Shown here: one piece after another, positions 11,784 to 21,691 of the stretch | How the letters are laid out: every line of letters begins with the position of its first letter | Numbering within the stretch: the first letter of the stretch is position 1 | Assembly (NCBI GenBank): GCA_026025075.1 | Contig: JAPEUI010000076.1 | Location: 62,001 to 86,083, forward strand | Reading direction: 5' to 3' | Length of the DNA: 24,083 bases | Source of the DNA: Vezdaea acicularis | Lineage: Eukaryota | Made by a program: the position numbers and the translations under genes | The notes under the pieces: model-generated | What the model was told of the DNA's origin: nothing | The model's database searches: none | Seen by the model: only the letters and a program-made list of their open reading frames with translations

Positions 11784-12603
11784 TTACGACGCAGCCTTCC
11801 TCTTCTTCCTACTCTTCTGCGCCTGCTCACATAGCGTCTTCCTCGGCAACTTCTCCAACCAGCCGTCCTCCCTCTTCATCGTCCCGACCTTGAAATACTT
11901 CCCACCCTTTCCCCCCGTGAAAAATCCCTCCCAATGCTCCACCCCTGCCCTCACTTTCTTCATCGCCTCCTTGAGCTCCTTCTGCCTCCGAATCTTCTTC
12001 TCTGCCTTCGTGATCCCGCTCTTTGCATCTGCCTCCTCGTCTTCAAGCGGCATGTACATCTCCTCCGCGCCCCTAATGTCCGGGGATATGTCCTCGCCGA
12101 AGCAGCCGGTCACGTAGGCTCGCGTGGCGTCATGTCCGGCTAGGCCGTGGTACGAGCCGCCGGGGCCGTAATAGTCACGGCCAGCCGAGACGTCGAAGAT
12201 CGTGCCGTTTACTGCGAGGTAGATGGGCAAATCCGGGTCCGAGCCGTCATACCTGAGGAGCTCCGCATCGGTGAGCCGTACAGGGCCCTTCTACAACCCG
12301 CGTCAGCAGCAAGAACTTAAACCCGCAAGGCACTTGGGGGAGACCTACAAGATACTGAGTCACAATTGCCACGGCTTTTGCAGGACGTGTCCATGACGGG
12401 CGATTGCCCCAGAAAAAGCTGTCGTTGGTAATGAAGTAGGACAACGTGACGTTCAAGAGGAGCAAACCGGCGAGCACGCGGAGGATGTCGACGAGCGAGA
12501 TGCCGGTATCTTCCTTGGCTACGATAGCTTTTACCTTGGCGTCGGAGCTTGCGGTTTTGTTTTCTGGCTTGCCCGCGCGCTGGCGGAGATCCGGAGAGGA
12601 CAT
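11784..12603 (-). CDS. Cytochrome b5-like heme/steroid-binding (MAPR family) membrane protein, about 253 aa
   Basis: Exons 12603-12349 and 12290-11784 (intron GTAGGT...CTGAC...TAG). N-terminal TM segment, then LTDAELLRYDGSDPDLPIYLAVNGTIFDVSAGRDYYGPGGSYHGLAGHDATRAYVTGCF. Confidence 0.9.
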
Positions 12604-12969
12604 ATTGGTGGTGAGAATGGAGGTGAAGCTCCAATGGCGGGGTGGCTCATGGGGGCATACGCGCTTCGAGGACATTTTCTTGGCGCGAGGCGTCATGGTC
12701 ACTTTGTGAAAAGCTAGTTCCAATTTTAGAAACTGGATTTTTTTAACAATTGTGAACGCTCCAGAATTTACTCTATTCAATCCCTTGCTCCAAACATAAT
12801 GCACCGTGCGCCTTGCCCGGGTATCTTCAAGTCCTACATACAAGTGCAGCTCTATGTCCAAGAAAGCCTTCCTTCCAGCGCCGTCCGGATGCCTGCCCGG
12901 ATTCTGACGTAGAACTCCTACGTTCAAAAGCAGAGAGCGTGAGACAATTGGTGCAGTTCTGTACGAGCG

Positions 12970-14383
12970 TTATTGCTCGTAAGTGATTGCGGGCTTGACC
13001 TTGGGATTTGCGTTGGTAGCAGTAATTGCGTGCTGTTTTCGGCGGTGGCTAGCTTTCTCTTCGACACGCTGGAAGCCAAAGACTTGAGCAACCGCCGTTT
13101 TAAAGGTTTCATGATTAACATATATCATGTTCTTATGATTTATAGCCCCTTCGCGTAGAATACCAACGAGTGCGAGATATCTGCGAGAGATTTAGTATGA
13201 ATTCTTAAAGGCAAAGGTCTGCTCTAGCTCACCTATTGATTTCCCGGAGGTAAAGTGCCTTTCCGTTCAGCAAGGTAATATCGCTTTCCGCATCTGGGTT
13301 CGTTGTGTCGTCAAAGTCTTCAGTTCCGTCTTCAAGATATCTCATCGGCCGGTCCCAGGCATAGATCTCGCTCATGTCCACGACCATGTCAATATAGTCC
13401 GAACATATTTCGTAGGCACCCATGTCTACGGGAGTTGTATCTGTTGCAACATATATTTTGCTCATGACATCAAAGAGATATGCTTTTTCGAACTTGCAGT
13501 TGTGGCTCAGAAGGTTTAGGAGACCCTCAAGACTTGGAAGCTGTGTAATGAGTTTCTGAACAACCTTGCTGAAAGCCTCAAAGATTGAGTGATCATATAT
13601 GCTGGTAAGATGGAAGCTGACCGGCGCATTTTCAAATCCAGCATCTGAAAGCTCATCCTGTACGCGCTGCACAATCTCTCGTTGCGTGTCGAGCTTGAAA
13701 TCGTCCGATAGACCGTCGACCTTATGTATGAAGACCTCAATATTGAGGCAGGGAAAATGCTGTTGTAGATGAAGAATTGCGGAGTTAAGGTGTATTATTG
13801 CATCTAGGTATTCATCCTGCGCATCTATCACATAGATCAACGCTCCACGTTCGCCGAAGATATGGTGCACGTCCCATGTGGGGTCAAGGAAGTCCACCTG
13901 TCCGGGAAAGTCCCAGACCTGGAAGTCCATAAATGAGCTACTACGCAGCTAAGTACGCATTTGACCTGAAATTGGAGATATCTGATTATGCTTACTTCAT
14001 TGAGTCCTTCTGGATACGAGTTGTGGACTCCAAGAAGAGCGTCTCGGTTGGTGGCATCTTATGGAAAACCACGCTTGATATCGATGACTTGCCGCTCCTA
14101 AAGCATGAAAAGGGTTAGTCAACCCAGCAAAACTCACACAATTAAAGTCTTCGCGTCTTCAGATAGGACGAAAGGGACCGAGGGCTCAACGCTGCTGAGC
14201 TGGGGGCTGTACGAACCGGCGCAAGCCCATGAGGAATAATCGGGGTTTAGCTGTCCTTGACGCTTTATTTGGCAGCTTGCTGGTCTGAAATCCAGGAGAC
14301 GGTGAAGGAGGCCCCTCAGAAGCTCCATGGGGTACCACTGAGCCCCTCGAGGGCGGTGGTGCCAGCGCATTGGGATTCTCCAT
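12970..14383 (-). CDS. GTR2: Rag-family small GTPase Gtr2 (RagC/D), about 394 aa
   Basis: Exons 14383-14217, 14097-13996, 13937-13233, 13180-12970. P-loop [69 protein letters not shown]. Confidence 0.95.
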
Positions 14384-14520
14384 CTCGATGCTAATGTTTC
14401 CTCAGTACTATCCGAAGAGCCAAAGGTGCAAATTCTAAGCTCACACGAGCGGCGTGTACGGGCTGCCGTATAGTTACGGTGGCTCCAAACTGCCGTAAGC
14501 GCAAGATCTTCGGAAGTCGC

Positions 14521-14540
14521 CGCTGATAAGAGATAAGATC
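14521..14540. promoter_or_regulatory. Tandem GATAAG sites in the GTR2/HST2 divergent promoter
   Basis: CTGATAAGAGATAAG with GATAAG at 14525 and 14532. The first fits the HGATAR GATA-factor (AreA/NIT-2 type) consensus as TGATAA, the second as AGATAA. Confidence 0.4.
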
Positions 14541-14786
14541 TTCAGACATGGTTTGTCAGAGGCGTCGTTATGATGTCGTGCGTTGGGACTCCAGCCGTGC
14601 TTCTGCTCAAGAGACAGCCTTGGGGCTGCTTCTAACCTCCCATAGCTGGCGCTCTAGCTATATTATTACTTAGAACTCTATTCATTCCTTAGCATCATAG
14701 AGCTCCAACGCCAAAACCGCCAAAACCCGGACCACGGATAGGGCCCCGCATTGGTGTGGTAGTGCCTCGAATTCCTCTCACGCAAT

Positions 14787-16074
14787 ATGGGGCAGGAGGC
14801 CTCACAACCACTCCCGGACAATGTCCCGTCCCGGACGTTAGAGAAGCGGGACATAGCTTCCCTAGCCAAATACATCAAGCGCAAGAACCCTAAGATCGTA
14901 GTGATGGTACGCCTCCACCCCTCCGCCTTCGCCCAAACTAACCCCATCCTTCTCCTAGACAGGCGCAGGCATATCTACCTCCGCCGGAATCCCCGACTTC
15001 CGCTCCCCCACCACAGGGCTCTACGCGAACCTCGCACGCCTCAACCTCCCATACGCCGAAGCCGTCTTCGACATCGAATACTTCCGCGAACACCCCGAGC
15101 CCTTCTACACGCTGGCGCGCGAGCTATACCCCGGCAAGTTTCGGCCAACTATCACGCACTCCTTCATCCGCCTCCTCTCAGACAAGGGCCTCCTCCTCAA
15201 ACTATTCACACAGAACATCGACTGTCTGGAACGAGCGGCTGGCGTGCCCGATGAGAAGATAGTCGAGGCGCACGGAAGCTTCGCGCGCCAGAGCTGCATT
15301 GATTGCCACTCGCCCTACCCCGAAGATAAGATGTACGCGCATGTCCGTCGAGGCGAGGTTCCGCGCTGCGAAGCGCCGCAATGCGGCGGCTTGGTGAAAC
15401 CGGAGATTGTCTTCTTCAAAGAGCCACTACCAGATACGTTTACACGGAATCGAGCGGTGCCTGCCATGGCCGATTTATGCATCGTCATGGGCACGAGCCT
15501 GAGCGTCATGCCATTCAGCATCCTGCCGAACTTTTGCGTAGAGAATACCCCACGCTTGTTGATCAACAAGGAAAAGGTGCCTGGCTTGGGAAGTAGAGCG
15601 GATGATGTGCTTCTAATAGATGATTGCGATGAGGGCGTACGGAGGTTAGCGAGAGAGCTGGGCTGGCTGGAGGAGCTGGAGGCTTTGTGGGCAGAAACTC
15701 ATGATAAGACTCAGGAGGACGGGAAGAAAGCGTCGACGATGGAGAAGGAGAAGAATGTAGAGAAAACAAAGGATCAGATCCTGGAGGACGAGGTGGACAA
15801 GTTGACAAAGGAGGTAGAAGCTACGTTGAAGGTGTCAAGCGATCACGAATCGCGGACTAAGGATCAGCTGGCGCGGATGGAGAAGCCAGTAAGCTCCGAG
15901 AAAGAGCAAGTGGAAAGAAGAAATGAGACGCCAGCGGTAGAAAAGAGCGATGGCGTTCTTAAGGAGAGTCCGGTAAATGGTGGTGTGCACAACTCGAAAG
16001 ACAGCGCGGGAGTCCTGGACGAGGAAGAGGAATGGGAAGAAGTAGTGAATGAGCCACCGGGAGGTATCTTGTAG
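14787..16074 (+). CDS. HST2: NAD-dependent deacetylase, class I sirtuin (HST2/SIRT2-like), about 411 aa
   Basis: Exons 14787-14906 and 14959-16074. Motifs TGAGISTSAGIPDFRSP, FTQNIDCLER, EAHGSF, Zn-binding CIDC...CEAPQC, MGTSL. N-terminal MGQEAS fits an N-myristoylation motif; charged C-terminal tail. Confidence 0.93.
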
Positions 16075-16213
16075 ACTATTAAACTAGAGATGAAAGGACT
16101 TCACTGGTCATGAATGGGCCCAGCTCGTCGTCGCTTGGCGGAAGAGAACTGCACTTATCTTTGAGTTCCATGCTCAAGGCCTCTTCGACGAGTCAACAGC
16201 ATACAACTATCAA

Positions 16214-16985
16214 CTATAAACCCAACTCCCCTTTATGAACCCACTTCGCGCGCCCAGTCTCATCGCCAGCCTTCCAATGCCCACTCTTCCCCCCCATCTT
16301 TTCCAGAACGCCCACGCCCGTAATTTCCACACCCCTATCAACTCCCTTGACCATATCGACAATACACAGCGCCGCGCCCATAACCGCGGTCAGCGCCTCC
16401 ATCTCCACGCCCGTCTGCCCTACACACTCGACCCTCGTCTCAACTTTAACTCCTCCGAATTTGCCTCCCGGACTGGGCTCGGGTCGGGGCAGTAATACCT
16501 CGAGCTCGACGGCCACGGAGGTGATAGATATGGGATGGCAGAGTGGTATGAGCGTTGGGGTCTGCTTTGCGGCCATGATGCCTGCGATGCGTGAGACGGC
16601 AAGGACGTCACCCTTTTTCAGAGAGGATGACTGGATTAAGGGTAAGGGTGCGGGCGTGGAAAATTGTACAAAGCCAATGGCGCTTGCCATGCGGTGAGTG
16701 TGAGATTTGGCATGGACAGGGACCATGTGCGCGGATCCGGTTGGGGTCAAGTGCGTCAGGTAATCAGAGTTGGAATCTGATTTGGTGGAATAGGGGCGGA
16801 GCTGGCTAAGCCCTGGATGTCTTTGAAGGAGGTGAAAAGGGATGCTGCGCGATAAGCTGTCAAGGTCCCGGCGCCGGGGAGAGTAGAACCGTGCATTAGG
16901 TAATGCTGGGTGAAATATGGGAGAAGCCATTTCATCTGTGACCGGTTCAATCAACAAAGGGTTCGAATCACATGTAGCGGAGTAG
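16214..16985 (-). CDS. moaC: Cyclic pyranopterin monophosphate synthase MoaC domain (MOCS1B/CnxC); last exon of the MoaA-MoaC fusion isoform
   Basis: Motifs LTHLTPTGSAHMV, KKGDVLAVSRIAGIMAAKQTPTLIPLCHP, GQTGVEMEALTAV, DMVKGVD, EKMGGKSG. The frame is open back to the TAG acceptor at 16986; first in-frame ATG at 16930. Confidence 0.92.
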
Positions 16986-17040
16986 CTATCGCGGGATAGT
17001 ATGAACGAAGTTGCTTAGAAGTTCGAGAAGAATGGAAGAC

Positions 17041-18430
17041 TTACCCACCAATCAGAATCATGGGCCTATTCTTCATGTTCTCTAATTGTCCCATTCCGGC
17101 GTGCTTTTCTTTCTTCCTCTTTACGGCCATCCCAATCACATTTAATAACTCCCTTTCCGTCTCGCCGTAGCTAGGTGTAGTTTTCAAGCTAGATAGGCCA
17201 TTCCTACGGCCTAGCTCTAGTTCCTTCATAGCCTCGAACGCTTCCTCGTCAATTGGCTCACCTCCATTCTCTCGCCTTAGAACATCACGAAGGGACACCT
17301 CTGAATTGCCAAAAAGACAGACCTTCAGGTTTCCGTCGCTAGTAATACGTAGTCGATTGCATGTGCCGCAGAAATTATGTGTCATACTCGTAATAAAGCC
17401 AATCCGACCAGCGAAGCCTGGGATCTCAAAGCTTTTACTAGTGTCATTCTTATAATCCTGAACCTTTCTCAGACTAGGATACTTCTCTCGTATTATCTCG
17501 AGCATCTCCTGGTAGCTAATCATCTTGCCTTTATTCCATTTGTTGCCGTCGAATGGCATGTACTCAATGAAGCGAACCTCAACATCTTTCTCTCTTCCCA
17601 TCTCGACGAACGGTATGATCTCGCGCTCGTTTATGCCCCGCATCACCACGCAATTGATCTTGAGCCTGACGCCTGCGCCAAGCCTGTTCATCTCTAACAC
17701 CCGGTCTATCGACTTCATCACGGCATCAAACCCTTTTCTTCGAGTCATGATCTGGAACTGGAAGGGATCAAGGGTATCAAGACTCAGGTTGACCCCTGTG
17801 AGACCGGCCTCGATCATGGTGTCGAGCTTCCGGTGAAGGGTTATTCCGTTCGTCGTAAGGCATAGTTCTCGCAGTCCCTTAGGCCGTAAAGAGCCGATCG
17901 ATTGCATAAGAGGAAGGATGTCCCTTCTGATGGTGGGTTCGCCACCTGTAAGACGGATCTTGGTAACACCCTGATTAACGAACAGGGATGATAGGTAGAA
18001 TATCTCCGGGCTCGTGAGCAGATGAGCTGGTGGGGAAAGCGGGACACCCTCTGGTGCATGAGAGTTAGTGTAGATCACAGCGATTTCAACGGACCTTGCA
18101 CGAACCCTCCGGCATACAATATACACATCTCAAGTTGCAGCGCTCGGTGATGCTAATTCTCAGATAGTCGTGCTGTCGGCTGAACCCGTCCGTCAAGAAC
18201 TCCGAAAACGGCTTTGCATGCTGCAGGGACCTGGTCTTTTCCAGCGAGCCGTTGACGCCCTCCCCACCGCTTGACGGCTGCCCAAATTGGAGCGGGCCTT
18301 CGGGTTCCTTGATCACTGCGGCAGAAGTAATAGCTCGCGTGGCACGATAATGTGTTCGACATGGCAGCGCTCGTATAGATGTCTTGCCACCAAGACATGG
18401 AGCTCGAACCAAACTTATGACGAAAGCCAT
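17041..18430 (-). CDS. moaA: GTP 3',8-cyclase MoaA (MOCS1A/CnxA, radical SAM), about 444 aa; cnxABC/nit-7-type locus
   Basis: Exons 18430-18106 and 18050-17041 (intron GTTCGT...CTAAC...CAG). Motifs [22 protein letters not shown] (CxxxCxxC), [27 protein letters not shown]-terminal RPMILIGG*. The Arg-rich N-terminus resembles a mitochondrial presequence. Confidence 0.96.
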
Positions 18431-19135
18431 GATTTTAGCATTGACTATGCGACAAGTGATGGGCCGGAGCAGTTGGTATAAATGCTCATGGAGGCTCCAT
18501 ATCCGGGATCTCCTCTGGAGTAAGCTTGAAAATTTCCTCCACAGCTTATTCCTCAAACGATCGACGTCGCCCCGCCATCTTCCTATCGATAACGGCCATC
18601 AGCGTTTTGCACGTCGGCGGGCTCCGGGCAGCCCTCTCCCGCTTCGGGGTGCGACGGCAGCCAATCGCGCATTTTGGTGTCTTCTGGAATGCCAAGTATC
18701 TGGGACGGTGCGATTGGTGGACGGCAATGAAGCATAAATACAGCCTGCGGTCCAGGTCAGGGCGCGGGGGGAGCATTTGGGCTGAAAGGGTGGAGCTTGG
18801 CCCGTGGCAGGGTGTCGGCGTACGGGGTGATTTGACGGACGAATTGCTCGATCGGGCATGTCCAAGTTTCGAGGGAGCAGCCGGCTCAGCCGATGACGCC
18901 GCCGGGCGGGCGTTGCAATGCCAAGTCCCGACGGAGCGTCGAATCATCGCTAGTACTGGACAGCAGCACGCCTGCGTACATGGTGTCACTAAGCTCCTTA
19001 GCCCATCCCTTGCAGGCTGCTCCACGTAACGCCTACGACTCTTCCGCGGCGCCCAGACCGTAGGCCCCTTGGCTCACCGAAGCCGAATGCTAAGAATACC
19101 GCCCTTCTTCGTGATGAAGGACGACAATTTGGACG

Positions 19136-19184
19136 AGCCTCAGCCTCAGCCTTAGCCTAGCTCAGCTCATCTCATCTCTACTCT
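19136..19184. repeat. Drifting 5-6 nt tandem repeat (AGCCTC to AGCTC to ATCTC)
   Basis: AGCCTC AGCCTC AGCCTT AGCCT AGCTC AGCTC ATCTC ATCTC TACTC read directly. Confidence 0.8.
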
Positions 19185-19781
19185 GTTGCTCTCGAAGGAT
19201 GCCTTGGAGAGAGTCGCACGTACATGTACCAACACAAATGAACTCGCACGGGTGCGTCATGACGCCTGTGAAACGCTGCATATCTTTTGTGCAGCTTTTG
19301 TGCGGCTTGCGATGTTTCGGCGGGTCGGGGTTGCAATCCCCGACTGCTGCTGCCATTCGCCCGTACCAGCGAGACGAAAAGGCCGCGTCACGTCGCTCCT
19401 CGCTTCGCTTGCCGCATTCACCCATCGCCTGCACTGCCCTCCTCCTAAGCCTTGCTGGTGCAACTTCATACAAACGCCTGCCAATTCCCTCGCTCCCATT
19501 TTCCTCAGTCCAATTTTCCTGCTTCAACCAGTATATGCTGTCCTTCCTGCCTCCATCATCGACTTCTCTCTCCAATTCACAACTTCATTCTATTGTGCGT
19601 CTCGGTCTTTCATGATCTGATCTTTCTGCGGATCCCAGCGGAAGTATAAGCTTGACCACGTCGGCCTTGGTACGCAATCGTGTGCCATCCCAGGCACCAG
19701 TTCTCCACGACAGCACGTCGCCCATAAGCTTCGTGTACCTTGGTTCCTCGTCTCCCCACGTACAGGCAGCACCTTTTGACG

Positions 19782-21691
19782 ATGTCGTCCACTTCACAAT
19801 GGTCCACTGGCTCGGCCGCGTCAATGCAGTCGGCGTGTCTTGACCCGCAAGACATCGACTTTGATTCTCTCATCGACTACGAGGCTGTAACCCCATCCCT
19901 CTCTCTTTCACCCTCGACTTCACGTTCACAACCCACTCGATCCACCTCAGCGACACCAAGTTCTAATCCTCAATCATCGACCCAATCCAACAACCAGCAG
20001 AACTTCCCTCTACCAAGCCATCGGTATGAGATTCACAAGCAAGACACTGGCATCGTCCGCGGTGCGTTGCAGGCCACCTTAGCTGTCAACCCACCCAACA
20101 ACATGCATCTCATGCGGGCTGAGGCTGGCCTCCCAATGTTCTCGAGCGGGTTCAACATGGATTCAAACGAAGACCTGAAAGACTTGATCGACTTCGGGGC
20201 GATGGATGATGTCCTTCAGGACAACGACCTACTGGACAGCACCTCTATGTTCTTCCCCGGGCAGTCTAGCTCCATGAGCAACGAATTCGTGGATCCCAGT
20301 ACACTCGCACAAGAGGAGGAGCGATCAACTTTTCCCACGAACACCCTCCCATCTCACGGTCGCCTTTACCCGGGCATACATCAGGAGCAAGCTGCTCTAG
20401 CAAAGGCCCAACAACAGCAGAGGCAGCAGCGACAACAACAACAAGAGGTTGCACAGCAAACACGCTCGAGCTCCAAGCTAGCCCGCAACTCACAGCCTTC
20501 CGATCCCCTAGTGGAGGAAAGAATCTCGCAGCTGCTCAAGACTATGAGGCAGAGCAGTATCGTCACAAACGGTAGCGAAGACGACGGCATGACACCGAAT
20601 GCAGGCGGATCGATGTCTCACGCCATGCGAATGAAGAAAGATGAGGACGAAATGGATGAGGATGAGCGGCTCTTAGCAAGTGAAGAAGGCAAGAAGCTCA
20701 GCAGCAAAGAACGTCGCCAGCTTCGCAACAAGGTGTCTGCCCGAGCTTTCCGTTCAAGGAGAAAGGGTAAGTCGAATGACCTAAGATGTCTTATTCAGAG
20801 GCTAACAATAATCTTCCAGAATACATTGGACAGCTCGAGAATGAGCTAGCGATAAAGACAAACGAGGCTAACGAGCTTCGATCTCAGAACAGATCTCTCT
20901 TGGAGGAGAATGCTCGTCTATCTGATCTTACCCGGATGTTGGTTTCAACTCCAGCTTTCTCCAGCTTTGTTGACCAACTGAGCATGGACGGCATGCAAAA
21001 CACCACGAGTTCCCAAAACAACAACACCATCAAACAACAGCAACCCGAAAGCTCTCAGTCCATCCCGAAAGATGTGAACCCATTCACGACAGCACAGCAT
21101 CAAGCCTCATCCTCCTTCCAGGGTGGTGCAACCGTCGGAATGGCACTCATGCCCGATAATCCTATCGACCTCAACATGGGTAACGGGCAGAACAACCTTT
21201 TCGCTTCTTGGGGAATCAACCAACCGCAAGTTTTCTCTGTCCTTGAGATGCCTGAAGGGCCTGCCGTCGATCAGGTTGACGTTGAGGCTCTCTCTGGCAA
21301 GTCTTCAGACTTCATGGCTACTCACTTCTCAAGCGAAGCCAAATGTGAAGTAACGGAGGTCGAGCGCATGCCTGTTATCGAAGAGGAAGAGAAGAACACT
21401 GCTCATGAATGTGACGAGGTCGAAAACTCCACCGAGCAAAACCCTGCTTTTGCTCTCTTCGAATCCTCGACTACACAGAAAGATGAATCAGCAGCCACTG
21501 GATCCTACGAAGATATCCTTGCAGGTATCGACTTGAGCAAGGCGCCTTCTCAATTCATACTAGTAACAGAAGGCGAAGAAACTTCTGATGGCAAGGACGT
21601 CAGTACTCACACCATGCAGACATTCCAAAATCTGCGAGAAAGTCTCGAAGCCGCAATGCAACGGATCGAGAGGATAACGGCCCATATCTGA
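19782..21691 (+). CDS. bZIP transcription factor (ADA-1/LziP-like family), about 618 aa
   Basis: Exons 19782-20766 and 20820-21691 (intron GTAAGT...GCTAAC...CAG splits the basic region/zipper junction). Motif DEDERLLASEEGKKLSSKERRQLRNKVSARAFRSRRKEYIGQLE followed by Leu heptads; poly-Q tract near 20410-20444. Confidence 0.9.

Noticed and set aside
12604..12927. In-frame open extension upstream of the b5-like gene (ATGs at 12696 and 12675)
   Set aside because: It runs into the GTR2 3' region and has no targeting-like character; the ATG at 12603 gives a family-typical N-terminus. An upstream start cannot be fully excluded.
14098..14137. Internal GTGAGT donor in GTR2 intron 1
   Set aside because: It would define a 40-nt intron and leave an in-frame stop at 14186; no stwintron geometry.
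18431..18556. In-frame TTG-started extension upstream of moaA
   Set aside because: Only 42 codons, interrupted by out-of-frame AUGs, and the ATG at 18430 already supplies a presequence-like N-terminus.
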